Below, one piece after another: positions 1-12,146 of a stretch of DNA of 64,000 bases (the first letter of the stretch is position 1; each line of letters begins with the position of its first letter). The position numbers and the translations under genes are program-made. The notes under the pieces were generated by a model that was not told the origin of the DNA, searched no databases, and was given only the letters and a program-made list of their open reading frames with translations. The stretch comes from Lingula anatina. Taxonomy: Eukaryota; Animalia; Brachiopoda. The stretch covers positions 8,308,001 through 8,372,000 of the forward strand of contig CM120647.1 of assembly GCA_051362555.1 (NCBI GenBank). Reading direction: 5' to 3'.

Positions 1-96
1 AGCAATGGTCATTTATCTCGTTCCACCCATGGTCTGTAAATGTAACCAAAGACACAACATAAATCTTAAAAAATTGATGAGCATTTCTCTCTCCAG

Positions 97-199
97 CTTG
101 TAGAGATAAACGGCCTTGCAAGGATAAAACTAAGTCAAGACGTGGAGAAGGTGACGACACCAGGAAAAAAGGTCGCATACAGATTATTTGGAAGTGATG
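97..199 (+). CDS. NAPRT: NAPRT (nicotinate phosphoribosyltransferase), internal exon; gene begins upstream of the window
   Basis: ctccag| acceptor and |gtaagt donor; translates [34 protein letters not shown](G), matching the eukaryotic NAPRT '[16 protein letters not shown]' C-terminal motif; phase 0 to 1. Confidence 0.93.
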
Positions 200-600
200 G
201 TAAGTGGTGTTCAGAAGGCATTTGGTAGAGAAGGGTTTCCCAATTTCTAAGCATTCTTTTCTAAACCAATTCACTTCGATAGCCTAATTTATGCCATTTT
301 CACATCATGAGGAGAAATAACCTGTATTTCAGAGTTTTGAAAGAATGACAATTATTTAGCCTGATATTTACAAAAGAGAATTTTCAAAGTGTTGCCTTCC
401 AGCTCATGCTTACAAGTAAACACGATTTAAATTGATAAATTTTAATTGGCCAATGCACTTGGAGTCCAGCACACATGTAAAGAAGCAAACGCCCAACCAC
501 CCTCCCTTTTTTGTATGTACATGTTGTGATCAATCAAGACTTTAAAAAAAGAATGAAAGAAAGAAAATAATGAAATCCACACTTTCACTTTCACTTTCAG

Positions 601-758
601 GTAATGCTCTGCTAGACTTAATGACCCAGTCAGAGGAGGAGCCGCCCAAGGTCAAGGAGAGAGTCCTTTGCAGACACCCTTTTGTAGAGTCCAAAAGAGC
701 CTATGTTATACCTGCCTATGTGGAATGTCTGCACAAATTATATTGGAAAGATGGACAG
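601..758 (+). CDS. NAPRT: NAPRT exon
   Basis: ttttcag-like acceptor (ctttcag|) and cag|gtttgt donor; (G)NALLDLMTQSEEEPPKVKERVLCRHPFVESKRAYVIPAYVECLHKLYWKDGQ with the conserved 'LCRHPFxESKRAYV' motif; phase 1 to 0 fits neighbouring exons. Confidence 0.94.
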
Positions 759-986
759 GTTTGTTCCTTTGTGTTGAAATAGAAACTTGTTAATGAGTTT
801 GGCTAGACTTAGATTTCAGGATTTTGTTTCTTTCTGGCTGTTGGTCCGCAGAAAACTGTTTGTTTGAATCAAAATTAGCTTTGTTGTCGGAAGATAAAAT
901 TTATGTGTTCTTTTTTCAGTATTTCTTTTAAGGTATTGTAACAGTATTTTAAGCTTTTACTTGTTATTTATTTATTTATTACACAG

Positions 987-1094
987 GTGCAACAGCCATT
1001 ACCCAAAATGAAAGAAATAAAAGAGAGAGCCTTGGCGTCATTGAATAAACTAAGACCGGACCATAAAAGGGCGTTGAATCCCACCCCATATAAG
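987..1094 (+). CDS. NAPRT: NAPRT exon
   Basis: acacag| acceptor, aag|gtaaga donor; VQQPLPKMKEIKERALASLNKLRPDHKRALNPTPYK (conserved 'LRxDHKRxLNPTPYK'). Confidence 0.95.
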
Positions 1095-1497
1095 GTAAGA
1101 AAAACAATTATTTCCAAACTGTCTTGCAACAAGCGCTGAATGCACCTGAAACGGGATTGACTACGGGATTGATGTACTGTGCTTTAAGTTGTTTTATGAC
1201 CAGATAACTTGTTCAACACAAGATTTAGAGCCAACTTTTATATGCTAAAATACAATTCATGACCAGCAAGATATCATGATGCTAAAAAGCCACCGACTAC
1301 TTTTGATGATGCAGTAGTTTTACTAAATGGGACACTGAAGGCTTTTTTCCCCAAAATGAGCAGTATATTTTATGGAGATAGTAAATAATTGAAAACCTGT
1401 GATGAAGACCTTATAAGAATCTTTCAGCTTTGTTCATTTTAGGCATTGATTCCAAGTTGATGTCAGTTCTGAAGCTTTAACATTTTTTTTTCTTTAG

Positions 1498-1575
1498 GTA
1501 TCTGTGTCAGATCAACTTTACAACTTCATGCATGATTTGTGGTTGGACAATGCACCAATAGGAGAGCTTTCCTAA
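1498..1575 (+). CDS. NAPRT: NAPRT terminal coding exon
   Basis: tctttag| acceptor; VSVSDQLYNFMHDLWLDNAPIGELS then TAA, the typical NAPRT C-terminus. Confidence 0.95.
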   Translation, partial: VSVSDQLYNFMHDLWLDNAPIGELS

Positions 1576-1775
1576 GTCATGTGACATTTGTCAGCCAATA
1601 GGAATTTTTCTCCGAGTCATAAGCATATTGTACATTGTCACTAGTCATGTTATATTAGATAACCAAAGAAGGTGACATCTGGCAACCAATAGGCGGAAAT
1701 AATTTTGTCATGTGACATACGACAGCCAATAGGAGAAAACCATTATGTCATGTGACCTGGGAACCACAAGGAGCA
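1554..1775 (+). repeat. Degenerate ~40-bp repeat of GTCATGTGAC (E/M-box) plus CCAATAGG units overlapping the NAPRT stop and 3' UTR
   Basis: ccaatagg four times (~1555, 1595, 1686, 1726) and gtcatgtgac three times (1576, 1707, 1747); the first unit is the final NAPRT codons. Confidence 0.65.
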
Positions 1776-3320
1776 AGTGTCTTTTCACAGCTGAGTCAAG
1801 ATTACTGCCAGAAATCAATTTCCAGCTGAAGGCCTACAATTTGAGGGATGTTTGCAATATTGGAAAGACCCAGCCAGTGGTAGGATTTTTTATAGATAAA
1901 TTAAATTTATAAATATTTAAAAATCATAATTGTAATAAACTTGGGTTTGGTGTCTAAGTGAGCGTTGCCTAGTCCATTTTTACCATGTGACAAATACATG
2001 TGAACGCTAATCAGAAGCAAAAAATATTTTCAAATTATAGGATTCATCATTAATAGAATTATACAAGTATAAATTTTTAGTTATTTTTATTGTCTGTCAC
2101 ATGACTACAATGTCTTAGTGGATTTGTCAGTTTGATACTAACAATTTATGCACATGCAATTGGTAATCAGAAACTTGAATATTTTTCAAAATGATATTAT
2201 TTGCATTATCCAATTGCACTGTAGTAAAAGTGCCATGAATGTGAGATTTATAGTTTACACCAGTTAAAATCATGGGAACATTTCTTATATCATGGAGCAA
2301 AATTATTGACCATTGTTGATTGTTTTAACATAAAGCAAGTGTATGACAACAATAAGGTCTGACAAAATTGATAAATTGGTAAACAAGTTAGAACTCTCTG
2401 TAAACGTGTTTCTATTTATTTATTTATTTATTTATAGGGTGGGGTTGGGGTAGAGATTGTCAGATTCACAGTAAAGGCAATTTTAAATCTGGGGTCAGCG
2501 GTAAAATTTTTCTTCTTACCCAACCAGTACCGAAAAGGGTAATTAAAAAAAAAAAAAGTAGTGGCGTTCACGATCCTGAACCAATGCATCAGTTTTGTCT
2601 GGCCTTACATTATTGTAATTTTCAGTGGAAAAATATACCTCCAATAGAGTTTCAGATCCAATAAGGCCAAGCTTTTTCAGTTTGAAATTTCCCACATCTT
2701 ATTGATGTTGAGCTTTGAAAAAAAAAAAATAATAATAATGAAAACTTCCCCATTTGCCCACTTCCTGTTCATATGGAGATTTGAAATTGAAGAAGCTGGC
2801 ACATGTCATATCTGTTATTTAGGATACGTACCTGGAGATGTTATGTGACCATAGAAATATGCGCTTTATTTGTTTTTAGGGATGGTTTTCGGTGAAATGT
2901 GAGGACATGTCAAATAATATACTGCCACCCTCTCCCGCCATATGCCATTAATACTTCCTGTAGGTGCTAGAGGTGTTGTGGCATAGAGTTCGCGGTGGAT
3001 AGTTTATTAATTCAAACAAAACTTCTTATCACATGACCGGCAACATTTTGCACAAATGTTCATGTATAGTCTTTATTTGGGCTGTTTAGACCGTGTGTAG
3101 ACACGATGATGTCCATAGTGCTAAGTGATTTAGATTTAGTGTTGTCAAGAAAGAGTGCTGGATCACTCTCCGATTTTATTGTGAACAATTGAATTCAGTT
3201 AAGGTATAAATATATAGAATAAATGATGTATTAGTAATGAAGTTAAACCATTGAAAAGCCTTCCCAGGGTGATTTTTCAGTAAAAACTAATTTGATTGAT
3301 TATTTTACTAAGTGCTTCTT

Positions 3321-3355
<35 letters not shown>

Positions 3356-3689
3356 TCTAATATTTATTTATTTTTAATTATTTATTTATGTTTGTTGTTG
3401 TTGTTAACAGTCAGTTGTTGTTGACATTCAAGTCATTAAATAAGGATATATGTAAATACATATTAGCTTTTTTTTTTTTTTTTTGTCATTTAAGATTTCT
3501 AGAATGCAGTTTATGACTCTTGGGCATATTTAAAGAAAATAATGTAGAGTTTCGGTTGTATGAAATGTATGAGATGGTATGCAACTAGCATGGCATCAGT
3601 TTGTGAAGGAGGCTAAATGACAGTATAGATAATCATAATAGTCTACACTTGCCTTTCCTTGGAACTGAGGATAAAATGGTCTGCCATTA

Positions 3690-6600
3690 TAGTCCAAGAA
3701 ATTGGTGCAGAAAAAAGGGTGAATTGTGCGTTTTTTACCTACAAGCATGAATTTTGCCACAGTTGTAGATAATGGAATTCTAAGCTTTTTTGGATATATG
3801 GGCATGTCTGAAAATTCCAGTATGGCCGCCAAATCCAATATGGCCGCCACAAATACTCTTTTAAATTAAAACATCTAATATATAGTCCTAAAATGGTTTA
3901 GAATATCATTTTATAGCTGGAAAATATCATGCTATGAATGAATTATCAATATCCGTTTCTACAGGTGTATAGAATTCCAAAATGGCCTCCAAAAGTAAAA
4001 TAAGCAGTTTACTTACGCAAAATATGCAGCAGTTTTGTAAAATCATCAAGCACTTACAATTACAAGCATAAAAATTGGCACAGTTATGTAGAACATGATT
4101 CTAAGCAACGTTGGATATAGGGGCATGTCTGAAAATTCCAATATGGCAGCCAATTTCAATATTGCCCCCAAAATACCCTTTCAAGGTGAAAGTTATTTGT
4201 ATAGTCTTTTCTAAAAATATCATTTAATGGTTAGAAAATACCATTGTATGTATGAAGTATCAATATCTGCCACTTAAGGTTTTAAAATTCCAAAATGGCC
4301 TCCAAAAGTCAGCAGACCACAACTATTGAATTGTAATCACTCGGGAATAGGCATGTGGGCTTTGCAAACTACCTGTATAATCAGCATATTCCTACCTGTG
4401 CAGGAGCTATTCTACAGAGTTTTTAAAAAACCATCAAGCATGATACATTTATTATGTACTGAAAAAAGTCCTTCTTTTGATAAACCAACATAAGTAGTTT
4501 GACTTTTTGCTCTGGATTCTCATTTAGATCAATTCCCAGTTAGCAATCTTCTTATATGGCACTCATGAGTGACTCCCCCTTTCTTAGAAAAAAAGGATCG
4601 TGCAAAATCCATAAAATGTGAAAGAAACACCAGAATAACTTAGCCTTAAAGAGGCAAATATAAAAAACTTGGGGTGTACCAATTTTGTCTGTTGGTTATG
4701 ATTCTTCAGCTAGATCAGTGCATGGCGCTTCATCAAATGCTCATAAATATAACAAAAATGACAGCTAATCAAACATATAGGTCTCAACAATTTGGTGTTT
4801 TTCATTGGTAAAGTACTAAAAGCGGGGCACATTTGCACTCGATAATGTTATGATGTTATCTTGTGCTTCAAAAGTAAATTAGAAAAGCTTCTTATTTAAA
4901 AAATTGGCTTTAGTACATTCGCAGTAATGGCTACCGAGAATTTAGTGAAAATTTATGAGCAAAGAAATACCTGTACCCCAAACAGAGGGCAGGTGTTGAT
5001 ACGTGCTGTATCCAAGAGTTGCATTGCAGACTTCACACTTCGTGCACTAAAAAAGAAGCACTGATCTATAGGCGCCAAACTTTGGTTTTCATTTGATCAT
5101 TTGGCAACTTGTTTAGTTACAAACTTATACTTTCGAAAAACTGAACATGAAAATAAAAGAATTAAAATCCTCCAGACAGTTAATACATACAAAACTTCAA
5201 AAAGCGATGTATTCTGAGGATTACACCAAGAGATTAGTGCAATATGGACTTTGAAAGGTAAAAATTCATGAGATTTCCGGCATCATTGTCTCTGTGGGAC
5301 AATCCAGAATGAAGCCATGAGGAGTATTCACTTACCCAGCTTACAAAATCTACCAGGTAGCTCCTACCACATCTGTTTGTAGTTATGTGTGCAGTTGCTA
5401 ACTGTGGTGAGGGGAGTCAGAAGCATTGGAAGACTGGTGCTATAAGGGTTCACACTAGTAACCTACATCTACTAATATGCCCTTCCACACTTTCATGTTC
5501 CTATGGACCGTCATGCATGTAAACTGAGTCAGAAGCATTGGAAGACTGGTCCTATAAGGGTTCACACTAGTAACCTACATCTACTACTATGCCCTACCAC
5601 ACTTTCATATTCCTATTGACCCTCATGCATGTAAACTGATGCTTTCTGGTGTTAAAAACGACCAATGCCTCTTGGTATTTTGTTGGGGAAAGTGGATTAC
5701 ATGTAGAAGCTTTAGCTTTAAGGAAATACTGGGAAAGCTGAGGGAAACACAACTACTAGTAAAGCTAGGCACACATTAATGAATGAAAATTATTTAACCA
5801 AATAAGTAGAAATTTCGGTGTAGCTAGCTGTTATCCTCTGTTGAGATATTGTCCATTTACTAAAGTAAAAGGTTGACCGCCCATAAAATGTACAACACTT
5901 ACTTGATAAAATAACTTTCGTTAATTTGAAACTTATTTGTGAAAATACCTTGACATTTTCATATCCTTGACATATATAGAATTGCTGCATGTGGTGTCAC
6001 AACTAGACCAAAAGGAGTCCTGTTCCATTTTTTATGGTCATTTGGGTCTAAATGTAACTAAAGGAGCGAAAAACCAAAAAAGAGTAAAGACTGTTGTCAG
6101 TCAGGTTATATAGTAGTCTTTTTTACTTTAAAAGGGTTTTAGTGGCCATATTAGAATATTCAGACATGTCCCTATATAACGAATTGCTTAGAATCCTGTT
6201 CTGTACAATTGAACCAATTTTTATGCTTGTAGTTTTAAGTGCATGATGAATTCACCATACTGCTGCTGTGAGTGGCCTGTTTTTCTTATTTTTGGAGGCC
6301 ATTTTGGATTTCTATACACTTAAAGAATCAAATATTGATACTTCATGCATACCATAGTCTTGTCTAACCATAAAATGTTATCTTAAGTTATTATAGGATT
6401 ATACTTGAAGTTTTAATTTGAACGGGTATTTGTGTCGGCTATATTGGATTTGGGGGCCATATATTGAAATTTTTAGACATGCTCATACATCCAAAAGTGC
6501 TTGGAATCCTGTTTTACAACTGTACCAAATGCCATGCTTGTAGTTTTTGATGAAATAACCACTCTGCTGGATATCTTGGATTAGTAGAGTGCTTTTTACT

Positions 6601-7191
6601 ATTGGCGGCCATTTTGGATTTAATACACCTAAAAAAGCAAATATTGATTCTGAATTCATACCGTGGTGTTTTTTAACCTTTGTATGATATTTACGTCCTT
6701 AAAAGACTATATACTTGAAGTTTTAATTAGAAGCCGTATTTATGGAGGCCATCTTGGATTTGAAGGCCATTTTTAAATTTTCGGATATGCCCATACATCC
6801 AAACTTGCTCAGAATTTCATTTTCCACAGACCTGCCAAATTTTATGCTTGTGGTTTTAAGTGCTTGATGAATTCCCCATTCAAATGGATATCTTGAATAA
6901 ATGGTCTGCTTTTTTACTTTTGGCGGCCATTTTGGATTTAATACACCTGAAGGATTCATACCATGGTGTTTTCTAACCTTTATATGATATTTTAAGTCAT
7001 TAGAAGACTATGTACTTGAAGTTTTAATTTGAAAAGATATTTTGGTGGCCATATTGGATTTGACGGCCATTTTGGAATTTTCAGACATGCCCATATATCC
7101 AAATTTGCTTAGAATTTTATTGTCCATAAGTGTGCCAAATTTCATGCTTGTAGGTAAAAAATGCACAATTTTTCACCAATTTCCTGGACTA
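3690..7191. mobile_element. 3.5-kb non-autonomous TIR DNA transposon, TAG...CTA termini, 3-bp TTA TSD (Academ-like; PIF/Harbinger is the alternative)
   Basis: Left end tagtccaagaaattggtg... is the reverse complement of right end ...caccaatttcctggacta; inverted similarity extends for hundreds of bp; TTA on both sides (3687-3689, 7192-7194); paralogous empty site gccatta|att at ~9300 has one TTA; no transposase ORF found. Confidence 0.85.
5414..5638. repeat. 112-bp direct tandem duplication inside the TIR element
   Basis: gagtcagaagcattggaagactgg...catgcatgtaaact starts at 5414 and again at 5526. Confidence 0.9.
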
Positions 7192-8496
7192 TTAATGATG
7201 GTGACACCCATATCTGCATGAGTATTTGGGTGGCCCCCTTTCACTTTCCCCCATTATCGTCTTGCACTACAAATGGAGGTCCTACCACCGAAAAGTAGTT
7301 GCATAAAGCATCAGCTACGGCCTCTGCTAATTTGTCCTTCAATGCTGCCTGTTTTTATTACAAATCTGATGAAAACATCAACAATTTCCAAAATGTATTT
7401 GTATCTATGTTATTCATATTTGGTCATGCCTATAAGGTCAACTTTATTTATCTTTTGTGGATGAGAGGCAACAACTGGTTTTATCTGAGGTGCATTGTCA
7501 AATTTGGGGTGATTTTGAGGCATTTTATTCAGGGTAGAGAGAATTGGTACCTTCCAAATACCACATACTGAATTCCTACTATGGTAATATTGCATTTTTT
7601 CCAACCCCTAAGGTTTTTGTTTGTGCCTCTTTGATGATTTTGGGAATGTCTGATTTTTTTTTTTTTTTTTACAATTATGCCTTTGTACATTATGGCAGTT
7701 TTTTCCATTTATATGTTTGTATGTTCTTGAGGGAGTAATTTTGCTGTCATATCTTCTAAGTGCTGCATGGCTTTGCTTGTATCTCTTCTTTTTGATCTCT
7801 GATGAATTTCACTTCTCAGCTTTCTACCACTAAAGAGGTCAGAAAATTCTCTAAACTGTCAAGAGATTTAGTGCCCTGCCAATACCACCCACAGAATTAA
7901 TATCAAAGGCGTTCTTTTCCAGCCCCCTCTGGTTTTTGCTTGTGCTTTCTTGGTGATTTTGGGCACGTCTGATTTTTTTTTTTTTTTTTTGTACAACTTT
8001 GTCTCAAAAATTATGGCAGTTTTTCCATTTATGTTTTTGAGGGTATTTTTTGCCACCATGTCTTCTTAATGCCACACGGGCTTTGCCTGTATCTCTTCCT
8101 TTTGATCTCTGCTGAATTTTGCTTCTCAGCTTTCCACCACTTAAGAGGTCATAGAGAATTCTGTAAACGTCATCCTCCACAGTGCTGATTCTTGACCCTG
8201 AAAGAGTCTTAAATCAGTAGTTGACTAGGTATAGCTAAGTGACTTACCTATCACAAAATATCCAGAATTCTAGTTTAGTTGGCTCACAGGACTGATGACT
8301 ATTTCTTTAAGACCAACGCCATGGGATTTTCCTGCCAAACTTTGCCAAAATTATTTTTCCTGGGGGAAAAGAGCAATTTATTCCCACTCACAAATTACTT
8401 GACTTCTCTTTGCACTTGCATTTAATGTTTTATTCCATTTTAAATTTGATATTTTATTTTAGAAAGACTGGCCAGTCATCATATTAAACTCTGCCG

Positions 8497-8760
8497 TCAA
8501 CCAGTTGATGTTGATATTCAAGCCATTATTGACTAAGAATATATGTACAGTAAATACATATTAGCTTTGTTTTGTTTTTTATTTGTCATTTAAGATTTTT
8601 AGAATGCTGTTAATGAGTCTGTGGAATATTTAAAGAAAATAAGAATAATGTAGAATTTTGGTTGTATGAATGTTCAGTCCTATTAAATGAGATGGTTTTC
8701 AACAAGCATGGCATCAGTTTAGATGATCATTACGTGTGTCGGCACTTGCCTTTCCTTACA
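8497..8760. repeat. Diverged direct duplicate of ~3405-3665 (intron and flank of the integrase locus)
   Basis: Shared blocks cagttg-tgttga-attcaag, gtaaatacatattagcttt, ttaaagaaaataa, gcatggcatcagttt, cacttgcctttcctt. Confidence 0.8.
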
Positions 8761-9340
8761 ACTGAACTGGCCTCATCATTGTTGCAGTTTCCATTGGATT
8801 ACTTGCTGTAATTTTACTTCCTTCCAAAGAAGACATTAAAAGGCGTCATCATGCCTGCAATTACAAGATGTTTGTAATAGCCTATAATGCACCAAGCTGC
8901 AACCCCGCCCCCCCCCCCTCCACCCAAATTTTTGCTTACGTTACCACCTCTAAGACTCATTAGGGCAGGGATAACACTGCTCATTTCAAAAGGTATAATA
9001 GTTACTAATGACAAAGTACAAAAGATCTATGTCATGTTGAACCTGTAGACCATATATGTACCTTACGATGAATGTGCCAGGTTATTCTGAAGAAAATCGA
9101 ATGTACACAGCATTTGTGTCCAGTCAAAGCTTGGACCATGTTCTGCCATGTCTTGTTCCACCATTCTTTGAAACCCCTGATGACTGCGTTCAACCTGGAC
9201 AAATATATGGCATCAGTTTGCGATGTAATCTTGACAGTATAGGTGATCTTTACATGAGTCAGCACTTGCCTTGCCTTGCGATTGTGGATGGTATGGGCAG
9301 CCATTAATTATCTTTACACCCAATTTCTCCATCAGTGCTT

Positions 9341-11878
9341 AAGTGGCACCCTTGAACTCCCCACCATTGTCTGCCTGCAGAATTGTCAGAGGCCCCACAA
9401 CAGAAAAGTGGCTGCACAGCGCAGCTGCAACGGCCTCTGATGACTTATCTTTTAATGCCACTCGTTTTACAAAACAACTGAACACGTCCAAAATTTCTAA
9501 AATATATTTGTACCCATTTTTTTATATTTACTCATGTCTATTAGATCCACTTGATTGATCTTTTGGGGACTAGAGGCAACAACTGGTTTTAAGTGGCACC
9601 CTTAAATTCTCCACCACTGTCTGCCTGCAGTATTGATGGAGGCCCCACAACAGCAAAGTGGCTGCACAGCACAGCTGCCACAGCCTCAGAAGACTTCTCT
9701 TTTAATGCCACTCGTTTTACAAAACGACTAAACATGTCCAAAATTTCTAAAATATATTTGTACCCATTTTTTTATATTAACTCATGTCTATAAGATCCAC
9801 TTGATTGATCTTTTGGGGACGAGAGGCAACAACTGGTTTTATCTGAGGCGCATTGTCAAATTTGGGGCGATTTTGAGGCATTATATTCAGTGTAGATAGG
9901 ATTGGAACCCTGCCAATACCACTAGCTGAATTTCGTATGTGATAATACAATCTTTCTTTTCCAGCCCCTTTTGTTTTGGTGTGTGCCTCTTTGATAATGT
10001 TGGGTACTTGTGACTTTTTAGACACCACTCTCCCTTCACACATGATTTCCATTTTTCCATTAATTTCTTTGAGAGAATATTTCCTAGAGTCAAATCGTCT
10101 CAAAGCTGCACGGGTTTTGCCTGTTTCTTTAACTTAAGATCTCTGTTGCAGTTCTCTGCGCAGCTTTCTGCCATTTAAGAGATTGTACAGCATTTGGTTC
10201 ACCTCATCTTCTACTGCACTGATTCCACGACCCTGAAATAATATTAAATCTGTAGGAAGACTTCTCTTTTAATGCCACTCCTTTTACAAAACGACTAAAC
10301 ACGTCCAAAATTTCTAAAATATATTTGTACCCATTTTTTTATATTTACTCATGTCTATAAGATCCACTTGATTGATCTTTTGGGGATGAGAGGCAACAAC
10401 TGGTTTTAAGTGGCACCCTTAAATTCTCCACCATTGTCTGCCTGCAGTATTGATGGAGGTCCCACAACAGCAAAGTGGCTGCACAGCACAGCTGCCACGG
10501 CCTCAGAAGACTTCTCTTTCAATGCCACTCGTTTTACAAAACGATTAAACACATCCACAATTTCTAAAATATATTTGTACCCATTTTTTTTATATTTACT
10601 CATGTCTGTAAGATCCACTTGATTGATCTTTTTAGGGACGAGAGGCAACAACTGGTTTTATCTGAGGCGCATTGTCAAATTTGGGGAGATTTTGAGGCAT
10701 TATATTCAGTGTAGATAGGATTGGAACCCTGCCAATGCCACTAACTGAATTTCTTATGTGGTAATATAATCTTTCTTTTCCAGCCCCTTTTGTTTTGGTG
10801 TGTGCCTCTTTGATAATGTTGGGTACTTGTGACTTTTTAGGCACCACTCTCCCTTCACACATGATTTCTGTTTTGTCATTAATTTCTTTAAGAGAATATT
10901 TCCTAGAGTCAAATCGTCTCAAAGCTGCACGGGTTTTGCCTGTTTCTTTAACTTTAGATCTCTGTTGCAGTTCACTGCGCAGCTTTCTGCCACTTAAGAG
11001 ATTGTTCACCTCATCTTCTACTTCACTGATTCCACAACCCTGAAATAACATTAAATCTGTAGGAAGACTTCTCTTTTAATGCCACACCTTTTACAAAACA
11101 ACTAAACACATCCAAAATTTCTAAAATATATTGTACCCATTTTTTTATATTTACTCATGTCTATAAGATCTACTTGATTGATCTTTTGGGGACTAGAGGC
11201 AACAACTGGTTTTAAGTGGCATCCTTAAATTCTCCACCATTGTCTGCCTGCAGTATTGATGGAGGCCCCACAACAGCAAAGTGGCTGCACAGCGCAGCTG
11301 CCACAGCCTCAGAAGACTTCTCTTTTAATGCCACTCGTTTTACAAAACGACTTAACACATCCAAAATTTCTAAAATATATTTGTACCCATTTTTTTATAT
11401 TTACTTATGTCTATAAGATCCACTTGATTGATCTTTTGGGGACGAGAGGCAACAACTGGTTTTATCTGAGGCGCATTGTCAAATTTGGGGCGATTTTGAG
11501 GCATTATATTCAGTGTAGATAGGATTGGAACCCTGCCAATACCACTAACTGAATTTCGTATGTGATAATACAATCTTTCTTTTCCAGCCCCTTTTGTTTT
11601 GGTGTGTGCCTCTTTGATAATGTTGGGTATTTGTGACTTTTTAGGCACCACTCTCCCTTCACACATGATTTCTGTTTTGTCATTAATTTCTTTAAGAGAA
11701 TATTTCCTAGAGTCAAATCGTCTCAAAGCTGCACGAGCTTTGCCCGTTTCTTTAACTTTAGATCTCTGTTGCAGTTCACTTCGCACCTTTCTGCCACTTA
11801 GGAGATCAGAGAGAATTTGGTACACCTCATCTTCTACTGCACTGATTCCACGGCCCTGAAATAATGTTAAATCTGTAG
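9341..11878 (-). repeat. Young tandem amplification of the integrase core exon (~810-bp period, about 3 copies plus partial pieces)
   Basis: aagtggcacc/aagtggcatcc anchor at 9341, 9591, 10408, 11214; near-identical ORFs 9777-10103, 10632-11051, 11370-11825. Confidence 0.92.
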
Positions 11879-12146
11879 TTGATTAGGTATAGTTGCATGA
11901 TTAAAAAATGAAAATAAAATATCAGTGTTATCTTTGTCTTCTTTTTATGATATACAGATTCTGTCAAATCAGTTGGATGTATTTCTCAAAAAAGTTTTTT
12001 TAAAACAGTTTGCAATAAATTTTATTGCTACATTGGAGTTTCTTACCTTTCTCTCTCTCCCCAGTTAACTACTGCCCACTTTGCTGGTATTTAAAACACT
12101 AACCTAAAATATTTGAATCAAAGCTTCATTCACATGGGAAAAACCA

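Larger units (their letters stand above)
3653..8200 (-). pseudogene. Older diverged copies of the integrase core exon (7195-7865 plus 3653-3689, split by the TIR element; second partial copy ~7866-8200)
   Basis: Minus strand gives KVPILSTLNKMPQNHPKFDNAPQIKPVVASHPQKINKVDLIGMTKYE*HRYKYILEIVDVF..., continuing across the insertion to NGRPFYPQFQGK then a GCAAGT donor; many stops and frameshifts. Confidence 0.8.

Noticed and set aside
570-600. ORF-track start MKSTLSLSLS for NAPRT
   Set aside because: This is the intron polypyrimidine tract; the exon starts at 601
3596-3850. 84-aa ORF ending ...NGRPFYPQFQGK...
   Set aside because: Chimera of transposon TIR sequence and a short integrase fragment, not a gene
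9343-11859. Plus-strand ORFs (MAPLNSPPLSAC..., MVCASLIMLG...)
   Set aside because: Antisense shadows of the minus-strand integrase exon
9341-11878. Polinton/Maverick or LTR-retrotransposon pol origin for the integrase
   Set aside because: No adjacent polB, ATPase, capsid, RT or RNase H sequence seen, and the spliceosomal introns argue for a DNA transposon or domesticated gene; not formally excluded without phylogeny
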